Made by a program: the position numbers and the translations under genes. 19,763 bases of DNA from a virus (lineage: Duplodnaviria; Heunggongvirae; Uroviricota; Caudoviricetes): the IMG/VR virus record IMGVR_UViG_3300021255_003103, positions 108,954-128,716 of that record; one strand, given 5' to 3'. A model generated the notes under the pieces. It was not told where the DNA came from. It was given only the letters and a program-made list of their open reading frames with translations, and did not search any database. Positions 1 to 8,061 of the stretch are shown here, one piece after another (the stretch's first letter is position 1; the number at the start of each line of letters is the position of its first letter).

Positions 1-138
1 CAATACAATTTTAAATGCATCACTATATAATGTATCTGATATGTATTCATAATCTTTTATATAGTCATATATAGATTTGATTGTCTTATATATTCTTCCT
101 ATTAAAGTTTTATAAAACAAATTTTTAAAAAATTTCAT
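1..138 (-). CDS. Hypothetical protein, 5' portion only (runs off left edge), divergent from the sigma factor
   Basis: CAT at 136-138; 46 codons open to position 1: MKFFKNLFYKTLIGRIYKTIKSIYDYIKDYEYISDTLYSDAFKIVL. Not in the ORF track because it is truncated. Confidence 0.65.
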   Translation of the reverse strand, partial: MKFFKNLFYKTLIGRIYKTIKSIYDYIKDYEYISDTLYSDAFKIVL

Positions 139-199
139 TAAATGATATTGTTAATTTTATTAAAAAATAGTAAATATAAAATAATTAATTAAATAAAAA

Positions 200-236
200 T
201 TGAATTTTTTATAAAATATTCTATATATTATTATAA
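200..236 (+). promoter_or_regulatory. Candidate phage promoter element TTGAATTTTTTATAAAATATTCTATAT
   Basis: Intergenic; matches 13703-13729 at 22 of 27 positions; also reads as TTGAAT-N18-TATATT. AT-richness lowers certainty. Confidence 0.45.
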
Positions 237-405
237 GTTAAAATCAAACAAACAGCTATTATGAATAAATTTAAATATATAAATTATTCCAGATTATCTT
301 TATAAAAATTATTTTTAATAGTAAATATCTAATTTAGGAATATTATGAGAATTTAACAAGTATTTTATAATATTTATAGTAAATAAAGTTAAATAATATA
401 TTAAA

Positions 406-1569
406 ATGAAAAAGATAACTGAAGCAAAAGCAAAAGTAAAATTTCAAATTCCTGAAAATTCAGTAAATTATATTAGTGCAGCTGAATTGAAGAAATATCT
501 TGAAGTTACAGATAGATTCATATCTGCAGAAACAAAAGAACTTATTAATTGGCTTATTGTTAATAATGATTCATATATTTCAGATCTTTCTAATGATGAA
601 GATGAAAATGCATTAGCTGGTTTCTATAAAGCTGGTGTACCTGAAAAGGATAATCTTAAGGAACTTTATAAATTACTAGGCACAATTATTAAAGCCGGAA
701 AAACAATGGAAATTCCAGTGTTTCAAACAAAAAGTGATTTTGAAGGAATAATTAATAAGAAAATTGCACCTGATGAAGTAATACTTGATTTGTCTACTGA
801 AGCAGGTCGTAATGCTACTGCTAAGAAATACGAAGCTCTTGTTCATATGATGGCAAGACAATGGAATGGTAAACTTAATCTTTCATATAATGATCTTCTT
901 AGTGTTTGTTACGAAGGACTTGCATATGCAATGAATACTTATGGAAAGAAAAATAAGAAATCAAAAGCTACTGATGAAGCAGTAAAAGGATATACATTTG
1001 GTCAATATGCTGCTTATTGTATTCGTAATCATATAACTGGCTGGGGTGTTGCTGACTCACATCTAGTGCATATTCCTAATTCACAGCAAAAGAAAGAACG
1101 TGAAGAAAAGGGACATAATACTCGTAACTTGTCAATATCTGGTGACAAGTCAGTAGGACATAGTGATGATGAGGGAAGTAAGACAATGTTTGATTTCATG
1201 GGTTCATCAACTGACGTAGAAGATGGAGTAAACGCCGAAGATCGTAAGAAACTTTGGGGTGATGTATGGAAAATTCTTTCAAAAGAATTTGACGAAAAGA
1301 CATTAGATATTTGGTGTAGTTATTGGGGTGCATATGATCATAAGAAACTTCAAAATAAAGAAATTGCAAAGAAATATAATGTTGCAAATTCAAATGTAAC
1401 ATATTATTGTCAGAAGGTCAATCAATTTATTAAGAAAAATAAAAAGATTCATGATATGTTTGTAGAATTATATGAATTACTTAAAGAGTCTATTAACGAC
1501 AAGGATCGTGAATCTTCATCAATGGGTAGAATGGTGACAAGTACTGAAAATATATATAATGAAGAATAA
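406..1569 (+). CDS. Phage RNA polymerase sigma70-family factor with extra N-terminal domain
   Basis: Region 2-like DLLSVCYEGLAYAMNTY...FGQYAAYCIRNHI..ADSHLVHIP; region 3-like SISGDKSVGHSDDEGSKTMFDF; region 4 HTH LQNKEIAKKYNVANSNVTYY; correct order and spacing versus RpoD/RpoS-type consensus. N-terminus MKKITE|A. Confidence 0.85.
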   Translation: MKKITEAKAKVKFQIPENSVNYISAAELKKYLEVTDRFISAETKELINWLIVNNDSYISDLSNDEDENALAGFYKAGVPEKDNLKELYKLLGTIIKAGKTMEIPVFQTKSDFEGIINKKIAPDEVILDLSTEAGRNATAKKYEALVHMMARQWNGKLNLSYNDLLSVCYEGLAYAMNTYGKKNKKSKATDEAVKGYTFGQYAAYCIRNHITGWGVADSHLVHIPNSQQKKEREEKGHNTRNLSISGDKSVGHSDDEGSKTMFDFMGSSTDVEDGVNAEDRKKLWGDVWKILSKEFDEKTLDIWCSYWGAYDHKKLQNKEIAKKYNVANSNVTYYCQKVNQFIKKNKKIHDMFVELYELLKESINDKDRESSSMGRMVTSTENIYNEE

Positions 1570-1856
1570 TGAAAGATATTAAAGAATTTATAAATGAAAG
1601 TTCTAATGCTTGGAAATATTTTTCAAGCGTTAGTAATTCAAGTAATTCCAGTATTAAATTATCTGGTCTTGAAAATAAAGATGCAAAATGGTTATATATT
1701 GATATAAATAACCAAATGATTACACCTTATACTGAAAATGATGTTAAACAAGCAACTAAAGATTTAGAAGATAATTATCTTGAAGAGGAATTACGTAAAT
1801 TAAAAATTGGTGATTCTTATAATGATGAAGGCAATATATATTTAAGAATAAAATAA
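1569..1856 (+). CDS. Leader-tagged hypothetical protein (putative internal head protein), 95 aa
   Basis: N-terminus MKDIKEFINE|SS; TAATG coupling to the sigma gene. Confidence 0.8.
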   Translation: MKDIKEFINESSNAWKYFSSVSNSSNSSIKLSGLENKDAKWLYIDINNQMITPYTENDVKQATKDLEDNYLEEELRKLKIGDSYNDEGNIYLRIK

Positions 1857-1868
1857 ATTTAGTAAAAT

Positions 1869-2249
1869 ATGAAAAATATTACAACATATATTAATGAATC
1901 TAATATAAATCATACAATATTCAATGCTTGTATGGAATTAGATAATAATGAGAATATATATAAAACTATATATTGGCCATTAGCACAGAATCTTATTAAG
2001 ATACATAAGTCTGGTGATTTTAATATTGAAACACTTGAAAAATCAGCGTTAGTATCAAAATTAGCATCTGCAACATTGAAAGCTGCAAAAGCAGGAACAT
2101 TATCTTCTGAAGATAGAAAACGTCTTTATAAGTTTATTGTTGGTAATCTTCTTAAAACAATAAGTAATGAAGGTGAAGAATTAACAAAAGAAGAAGAGGA
2201 TTATATGATTGAATGGGATTATAATAATTCAGATAAGTGTGGATGGTAA
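1869..2249 (+). CDS. Leader-tagged hypothetical protein, 126 aa
   Basis: N-terminus MKNITTYINE|SN; helical-looking body, no recognised family. Confidence 0.8.
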   Translation: MKNITTYINESNINHTIFNACMELDNNENIYKTIYWPLAQNLIKIHKSGDFNIETLEKSALVSKLASATLKAAKAGTLSSEDRKRLYKFIVGNLLKTISNEGEELTKEEEDYMIEWDYNNSDKCGW

Positions 2250-2260
2250 ATATATTATAA

Positions 2261-2476
2261 ATGCAAGATATTATTGAATCTATAAAGAAAACTAATTATT
2301 CTGAAATTCATGATGTTAAATGTACTTCAGAATATAAAATTGAACGCAAAGAATGCAGAATTACCTTTAAAAAAGGTGAACATTATACAGCTTCAAAAAT
2401 AAATAATAATTGGTGGCTTATTGAACAATTTGGTGTTCCAGCAAAAGACTTTAAAAAATATTTTAAAGATATATAA
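2261..2476 (+). CDS. Hypothetical protein, 71 aa, possible short leader
   Basis: N-terminus MQDIIE|S (6-residue variant); fills the gap between tagged genes. Confidence 0.7.
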   Translation: MQDIIESIKKTNYSEIHDVKCTSEYKIERKECRITFKKGEHYTASKINNNWWLIEQFGVPAKDFKKYFKDI

Positions 2477-2763
2477 TGAAACGTTTATACAAATAATTAC
2501 TGAAAATACACTGGTGAACATAAAGACAATTCATTCAAAGAAAAGATACAATATTCTAAGAAAGACTTTGACAAATTGGTAGAACTTTGGAGATATGATA
2601 AACTTCCTAAAGAAGTCATGATTCAAGTCCTTATGGCAAAGATACTAAATTTGTACTTATATATTTGATAAATCACTCACGAAAACAAATACAACATATT
2701 ACTTCATATGATATCAAGAATTAGATATTAATGACAGATGATATAAAATTATTTGAAAATTAA
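2476..2763 (+). pseudogene. Decayed paralog of 9288..9584
   Basis: Aligns along its length to 9288..9584 (e.g. shared AATATTCTAAGAAAGACTTTGACAAAT); two -1 and one +2 frameshifts, GAG>TAG and an earlier terminal TAA. Confidence 0.9.
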
Positions 2764-2765
2764 AA

Positions 2766-3104
2766 ATGAAATCTATAGTTAATTTTATAAATGAACAGCA
2801 AGATTGGTGGAGTGGAAAAGATGCTCAATTAATTGATGAAAAAACATTACTTCAGTTTGCTAATAAAGCTTTAAAAAATACTAAACTTTATGCATCAGAT
2901 TTGCAAGATGAGCTTTCACAATATGAAGATATAGATGAATTAGATAATGCATGGGAAAACAACGAATTAAAATATTGTAAGTTTGAAGATGAACTTTCTA
3001 ATTTATTAAGTAATGATACAAAATATAGTGGAAAAGAAGGAGACATTTGTGATCGTGTTTGGATTCATGCTTGGGATTTACTAGATGACCTTATTGAATT
3101 ATAA
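2766..3104 (+). CDS. Leader-tagged acidic hypothetical protein, 112 aa
   Basis: N-terminus MKSIVNFINE|QQ; 26 D/E versus 11 K/R. Confidence 0.8.
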   Translation: MKSIVNFINEQQDWWSGKDAQLIDEKTLLQFANKALKNTKLYASDLQDELSQYEDIDELDNAWENNELKYCKFEDELSNLLSNDTKYSGKEGDICDRVWIHAWDLLDDLIEL

Positions 3105-3123
3105 AAATAATGTATTTATATAA

Positions 3124-3645
3124 ATGAAATCATTTACACAATATATTAAAGAATCAGTAGAAGGCTATCGTTTAAATGATGTAGAAGCAACATATATCGT
3201 TCAGCCAGAAGAATTAGTATTACAAGCTCCAGAAACATTTCAAGAATCTGATATTCAGCAATATATGGATGATATGTGGCTTAACAAATTGCCTTCATCA
3301 CAAGATTACTCAGATAAATTTTTTGGAAAAAATAATGACAGTATATCTGATGCTCATTTTGAATATGATACATTTGAACATATTGATATTGAACCAAAAG
3401 AATATATAGAATGGGATTCAAAATATGATGTTAAGAAAACTAATGATGATATAACATTAGAATACTTCAAGATTAAAAATCTTAAATATATTATATCTTT
3501 TGATAGATTTGATATGGTTGATGTGACTGATGATACTGTTAAACAAAAACTTATTGATGTGTTTAAAGCAGCTGAATCTTCAAAAGAAAATGAATATCCA
3601 ATTGAAATAATGTTTGATGAAGATTCATTAGAATATAGAAAATAA
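3124..3645 (+). CDS. Leader-tagged acidic hypothetical protein, 173 aa
   Basis: N-terminus MKSFTQYIKE|SV, the closest match here to T4 MKTYQEFIAE. Confidence 0.8.
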   Translation: MKSFTQYIKESVEGYRLNDVEATYIVQPEELVLQAPETFQESDIQQYMDDMWLNKLPSSQDYSDKFFGKNNDSISDAHFEYDTFEHIDIEPKEYIEWDSKYDVKKTNDDITLEYFKIKNLKYIISFDRFDMVDVTDDTVKQKLIDVFKAAESSKENEYPIEIMFDEDSLEYRK

Positions 3646-3664
3646 AAAAATTTAAATATTATAT

Positions 3665-4183
3665 ATGAAAAATCTTAAAGATATATTAAGTAATAATATT
3701 ATTGAATCATTTAATAATACTGAAGAAGATTTTGATAGAATGGCACAAGGATTATTAAGATCAGCGAAAGCTTCAAAAATTAATCCTTTAGATTCTAAAG
3801 TATTAGCAAAATGCGCAGGATATATTATTGAAGCGTGGATTAAATTCGTTATTCAAATGCATGCGTGGAGACCAGGAGAACGCACATATAATGATGATGA
3901 CGATAATGAAAACTATGAACCACCAAAAATTTATGAGAATGGTGATACATGGTATGATTTTTCAATTCGTGGAGATAAATTTGAAATAAAATCATTTCAA
4001 AAAGGTAAGAAATATTCAAATACAAAATTAACTAAAGCACAAGTTGAACATAAAGATGAATTAATTTTTGTATTATGTGAATATGAAATTGAATCATCTG
4101 GTCCAAAATTAAATTTGGTTAATGTTGAATTTGTTCCTGGAAATGAAATGAAAATTTCTGGAAATAGAATGGTTAAAAAATAA
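3665..4183 (+). CDS. Leader-tagged PD-(D/E)xK (restriction endonuclease-like) nuclease, putative
   Basis: Extended leader MKNLKDILSNNIIE|S; GYIIEAWI helix Glu, WYDF...FEIKS core and LTKAQ downstream motif. Confidence 0.65.
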   Translation: MKNLKDILSNNIIESFNNTEEDFDRMAQGLLRSAKASKINPLDSKVLAKCAGYIIEAWIKFVIQMHAWRPGERTYNDDDDNENYEPPKIYENGDTWYDFSIRGDKFEIKSFQKGKKYSNTKLTKAQVEHKDELIFVLCEYEIESSGPKLNLVNVEFVPGNEMKISGNRMVKK

Positions 4184-4209
4184 AATTCAAATATTATATA
4201 AATTTAACT

Positions 4210-4239
4210 AAAGAGATTTAATTGATCAAATCTCTTTTT
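4210..4239 (+). terminator. Intrinsic terminator hairpin
   Basis: Perfect 10-bp stem AAAGAGATTT (4210-4219)/AAATCTCTTT (4228-4237), 8-nt loop, T run to 4239; 27 nt after the stop of 3665..4183. Confidence 0.7.
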
Positions 4240-4255
4240 CTATATTATATATAAT
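4238..4255 (+). promoter_or_regulatory. Candidate promoter core TTCTATATTATATATA
   Basis: Same CTATAT(A/T)-rich core as 219-236 and 13724-13736, directly after a terminator and upstream of 4292. Confidence 0.35.
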
Positions 4256-4291
4256 TAAATAAATTTATTTTTAATAAAACATTTATTGTTT

Positions 4292-4804
4292 ATGAAAGAC
4301 ATTAAAAATTTTATTAATGAATCATTACATAACAGTGATTGGCTATCTAATGCAAAGAATAATGAAGAGCCTTTTGTTAAAGCTGCTTTAGAAGAAGAAG
4401 GATGGAAAGTAACACCTGGCTCACAAAATGAAGATTTTCAAGGAATTGATTTAAAGGTTGAAAAACAAGAAACTGATGACCAATATGGTGGTAAGTTTAA
4501 TATTGATGTAAAGGGAAGTTCATCAAAAAACAAGCAATCAAAAAGTTTCTTATTTACATGTAAGAGTGCATCAGGAAAAGAATATCCATATTCTGATAAT
4601 CACTTTATTGCATTCATTAACTATGTTGACAAAACTATTTATTTAGCTGCTGATAAGGATGTTAAAGAATTAGCAAGTAAATATAAGGAATATGATAGTA
4701 AGTTTGGAGATGAATCTAAATATGTATTACTCCCAAAGAAAGAAGTACAAAAACTTGGTAGAACAATCAATCCATCTGATAAAATCAAAAATTTATTGAA
4801 ATAA
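4292..4804 (+). CDS. Leader-tagged PD-(D/E)xK-family nuclease, putative
   Basis: Start moved from TTG 4286 to ATG 4292 giving MKDIKNFINE|SL; NEEPFVKAALEEEGWKV...EDFQGIDLKV...NIDVKG fits E...(P)D...DxK. Confidence 0.7.
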   Translation: MKDIKNFINESLHNSDWLSNAKNNEEPFVKAALEEEGWKVTPGSQNEDFQGIDLKVEKQETDDQYGGKFNIDVKGSSSKNKQSKSFLFTCKSASGKEYPYSDNHFIAFINYVDKTIYLAADKDVKELASKYKEYDSKFGDESKYVLLPKKEVQKLGRTINPSDKIKNLLK

Positions 4805-4807
4805 TTT

Positions 4808-5062
4808 ATGAAAGAATTACAAAAATTTATTAGTGAATCAAGTAATACATGGGCACTAGATAAAGAGGATGAAAAAATTATATTTGGTGCTTTAGAAATT
4901 ATTGCTAAATTAGTTAAAGAGGATGAATTTTGTAAAGCATTAAATGTTGAACGATATAAATTTGATGAACTTTGGGAAGATTTTGGTGATCAATTAAATA
5001 AAAATGAAAATAAAGGAGTATCTACAATATCAAAAGCATTAAATAAAATTATAGATCAATAA
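4808..5062 (+). CDS. Leader-tagged hypothetical protein, 84 aa
   Basis: N-terminus MKELQKFISE|SS. Confidence 0.8.
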   Translation: MKELQKFISESSNTWALDKEDEKIIFGALEIIAKLVKEDEFCKALNVERYKFDELWEDFGDQLNKNENKGVSTISKALNKIIDQ

Positions 5063-5292
5063 TGAAATCATTAAGTGAAATTATAAATGAAGGTAAATCA
5101 AGTATACTTTATGTATATTTTGAATTTGGTACAAGCGGATGGGGAGCTAAGCCTATCATAAGAATCAGTGAAGATCTTAAGGAATTATTAGATAGAGGAG
5201 GAAATTCTTGGGGATTTCATATTGCTGATGGAAGATTTCATGATGATTATATAAAGAGGCTTAAGAAAAAAATTAAAGAGCTTAAAAAATGA
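5062..5292 (+). CDS. Leader-tagged hypothetical protein, 76 aa
   Basis: N-terminus MKSLSEIINE|GK; TAATG coupling. Confidence 0.8.
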   Translation: MKSLSEIINEGKSSILYVYFEFGTSGWGAKPIIRISEDLKELLDRGGNSWGFHIADGRFHDDYIKRLKKKIKELKK

Positions 5293-5642
5293 AAGACATA
5301 AAGAACTACATTTTAGAAGCAAAAAGTATTCATTCTCAATGGAAGAAACTTATTAAGAAACTTTCAAATGAAGAAATAGAATGGATTAAGAAATATGCAA
5401 TTGATGAAAAGCACAATCGAATCTACACTATGGAGGAATTAGAGCAACGTATGTGGAAAGGAGATTTGAAAGATCAATGGGATAAAATGAACAATTATAT
5501 TGTTGACAATATTCTTACAAAAGAGAATGGCATAACACAACGTGATGTTATTCATGAATATAGTCTTGCAACAACAGGAAAACAATCTATGATTGAAGTA
5601 ATTGCACAAACTATTTATATGATAAATATGGAATTAGATTAG
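5289..5642 (+). CDS. Leader-tagged hypothetical protein, 117 aa
   Basis: N-terminus MKDIKNYILE|AK; ATGA coupling. Confidence 0.8.
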   Translation: MKDIKNYILEAKSIHSQWKKLIKKLSNEEIEWIKKYAIDEKHNRIYTMEELEQRMWKGDLKDQWDKMNNYIVDNILTKENGITQRDVIHEYSLATTGKQSMIEVIAQTIYMINMELD

Positions 5643-5646
5643 TAAT

Positions 5647-6324
5647 ATGAAAGATATAATATCTTATATCAGAGAATCTGTAGAGATTGAAAAGTCTAAT
5701 AAGTTTGGTGAAAACAGTGATTATGTTACTGTTACATTAGTTCGTCGTGAAAATTTAGATTTGTCTTCAATTTCTAAAGAAGACTTTATTAAGTTTATTT
5801 TAGAGGATTATAATAAAGCAGTAAAAGAATACGATAATATTATTAAGCCATTAAATGATAAAAGACGCAAGCGATTAATTGAACAAGATGTTAACATTGC
5901 AATTAAGTTTGCGGAAAAGAAATGGAAGACTGAAAAGAAACGTGCTGAATATGTTGAAAACATTCGAAAGAATGCTGAAGCTAAAGAATGGTATATGGAT
6001 AAGGCAGATAGAATATTTTTTGACTGCCAACCAGATAAAGGAAATATGGGTATTGATCAAAATTGTATATTTGATAAAAACACAAATGAAAAACAATTAG
6101 ATCGTGCATATGATATATTAATGGAATCAAAATATTTTAAGAAGGGCACTGGTTGGGCATTTAAGTATGATGCAAGTTCAAAAGATAATTTATATTACTC
6201 TTTTAGACCTTATGTAGATATTTTACTTAATGAATCTGATAGAGCTGAACAAAGGCGTGATGAAGAAACATTAAATAAGTCAATAGAAAACTTTTATAAG
6301 AATACAAATTATTGGGGTGATTGA
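5647..6324 (+). CDS. Leader-tagged hypothetical protein, 225 aa
   Basis: N-terminus MKDIISYIRE|SV; basic central helix (KRRKRL...KKWKTEKKR); ends FYKNTNYWGD. Confidence 0.8.
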   Translation: MKDIISYIRESVEIEKSNKFGENSDYVTVTLVRRENLDLSSISKEDFIKFILEDYNKAVKEYDNIIKPLNDKRRKRLIEQDVNIAIKFAEKKWKTEKKRAEYVENIRKNAEAKEWYMDKADRIFFDCQPDKGNMGIDQNCIFDKNTNEKQLDRAYDILMESKYFKKGTGWAFKYDASSKDNLYYSFRPYVDILLNESDRAEQRRDEETLNKSIENFYKNTNYWGD

Positions 6325-6348
6325 TTTATAAATATGCAATTAGATTAA

Positions 6349-6555
6349 ATGGAAGACATAAATTATATTTTAGAATCAACACTAGATACAATGTATATTA
6401 TTGGATTTGATTATAATGAAGAAAATTCAATAGCTTCTGGATTATCTTTTGCTGAAGACTATATAGATGGCAAATATAAAGTAAATCTTTATATTGATAC
6501 AGAGAATAGTGATTATATAATATTTAAAAAATATAATGTATTTTTACAATTATGA
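6349..6555 (+). CDS. Internally deleted paralog of 6552..6851 (possibly non-functional)
   Basis: MEDI-NYILE|ST, then aligns to the C-terminal half of the next gene (GFDY.EENS..SGLSF..DY...KY.VNLYID.EN.DYI..K.YNVFLQ); lacks 31 residues. Confidence 0.8.
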   Translation: MEDINYILESTLDTMYIIGFDYNEENSIASGLSFAEDYIDGKYKVNLYIDTENSDYIIFKKYNVFLQL

Positions 6556-6851
6556 AAGACATAAAAAATTATATTTTAGAATCAACCCAAGATGAAGATC
6601 TCCAAGAAGAAGTTGGATTAGCTCTTAAGAAATTTGGTAATGTAAAACATGGATTCAAAGCTGCTAAAAAACAAGACATTATAGATGCAATGTACAAGCT
6701 TGGATTTGACTATGATGAAGAAAACTCAACCGTATCAGGATTGTCATTCACCGGAGATTATATGAATGATAAATATGAAGTAAATCTTTATATTGATAAG
6801 GAGAATGGTGATTATATAACACTTAAAAATTATAATGTATTTTTACAATAA
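6552..6851 (+). CDS. Leader-tagged hypothetical protein, 99 aa
   Basis: N-terminus MKDIKNYILE|ST. Confidence 0.85.
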   Translation: MKDIKNYILESTQDEDLQEEVGLALKKFGNVKHGFKAAKKQDIIDAMYKLGFDYDEENSTVSGLSFTGDYMNDKYEVNLYIDKENGDYITLKNYNVFLQ

Positions 6852-7096
6852 TGAAAGGTATAAATGAATATTTGATAAAAGAATCTGCTGATGAAGTAGA
6901 ACTTGTTGTACTTTCACCAGAAGAACTTCAAAAGGTTTTAGAATTTGTTAAAGGTAATGAAGACAAAGGTCTTTGCATAAGAGATACTCGTAACACTGAT
7001 GATGAATGGTATCAAATAGATGCTTGTTATTATGATGAGAGAAATGACAAAGGTCCTCGTAATTGGCCTTGGAAAAAAATAATAAGAAAAGACTAA
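6851..7096 (+). CDS. Leader-tagged hypothetical protein, 81 aa
   Basis: N-terminus MKGINEYLIKE|SA (11-residue variant shared with 8932). Confidence 0.8.
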   Translation: MKGINEYLIKESADEVELVVLSPEELQKVLEFVKGNEDKGLCIRDTRNTDDEWYQIDACYYDERNDKGPRNWPWKKIIRKD

Positions 7097-7097
7097 A

Positions 7098-7346
7098 ATG
7101 AAAAATATAAAAGATGTTATATTGAATGAAGCTGGCAAAGACTACTCAGATTATAAAGAGGAAGTAGCTGACCAATTATATGATATTTATTACAATCAAG
7201 GATTAAAAAGGTTTGTAAATGCAATGATTCATTTTATTGAAGATGGTCATTATACAAAGACTGGATGGGAATCTGATGAATTGAAAAAACTTCTTCCAAA
7301 ACTTAAGTCATTAAGGCAAGAACCAAAAGGCTTTAAATCAAAATAA
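7098..7346 (+). CDS. Leader-tagged hypothetical protein, 82 aa, paralog A
   Basis: N-terminus MKNIKDVILNE|AG; 77/82 aa identical to 8671..8919. Confidence 0.9.
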   Translation: MKNIKDVILNEAGKDYSDYKEEVADQLYDIYYNQGLKRFVNAMIHFIEDGHYTKTGWESDELKKLLPKLKSLRQEPKGFKSK

Positions 7347-7357
7347 ATGATAATATA

Positions 7358-7601
7358 ATAAAAGACTTAATTAGAACTATAACAGAATCAAAATTTAGTC
7401 CTTATTGTGGCATAAAAGATAAAGAGATTAATTCAATTAATGGTAAATTGCTGCTTAATTGTAGTGGTGATGACGATTTTAGTATTAATATATAATGATT
7501 ACGGTGATACGTATGCCAAATATCACTTATTAATAAGTACTGGACATAAAGGTGGAATATGTAGACCTAAATATTGTCCTGAATGCTGTAAAAAAATATA
7601 G
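7358..7601 (+). pseudogene. Disrupted leader-tagged Cys-rich (Zn-ribbon-like) gene
   Basis: ATA in the expected start position gives IKDLIRTITE|SKFSPYCG...; a frameshift in a TA run near 7488-7495 joins it to YNDYGDTYAKYHLLISTGHKGGICRPKYCPECCKKI-TAG. Confidence 0.7.
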
Positions 7602-7611
7602 TAAATAATTT

Positions 7612-8058
7612 ATGAAAGACATTAAAGAATATATAACAGAAGCTGTTAAATTTAATTATTGGGAAGATGTAATTCAATTTCCAGGTTATGAATTAAAAGT
7701 TCCAAAAAAATATATTAAACCAGTTCAAACAAAATATTATCGTGAAGATTTTTTAACTGATTATTTTGGATGGCTTAATCAATGGCTTGATAAGAATATT
7801 AAAAAGATAGTTCAAATAGTAATTAAAGAAAATAAAGATTTTCCAGATAAAATTTCAATTAAATTACCAAGTGAATTAGGTGGTAGTTTAAAATTTGATT
7901 GGGATTGTGGGTGGACAGATGGTGTACCTCGTGGATCTCTTCGTGATGTTGAATTAAAAGTAAATAATGTTTCTCCATCATCAATGAGTCATAGTGCATT
8001 TTATCAAGCTCAAGAAGATTTAGAACAATTTAAATTAAATAATCCAATTAAATTTTAA
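7612..8058 (+). CDS. Leader-tagged hypothetical protein, 148 aa
   Basis: N-terminus MKDIKEYITE|AV. Confidence 0.85.
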   Translation: MKDIKEYITEAVKFNYWEDVIQFPGYELKVPKKYIKPVQTKYYREDFLTDYFGWLNQWLDKNIKKIVQIVIKENKDFPDKISIKLPSELGGSLKFDWDCGWTDGVPRGSLRDVELKVNNVSPSSMSHSAFYQAQEDLEQFKLNNPIKF

Positions 8059-8061
8059 AAT

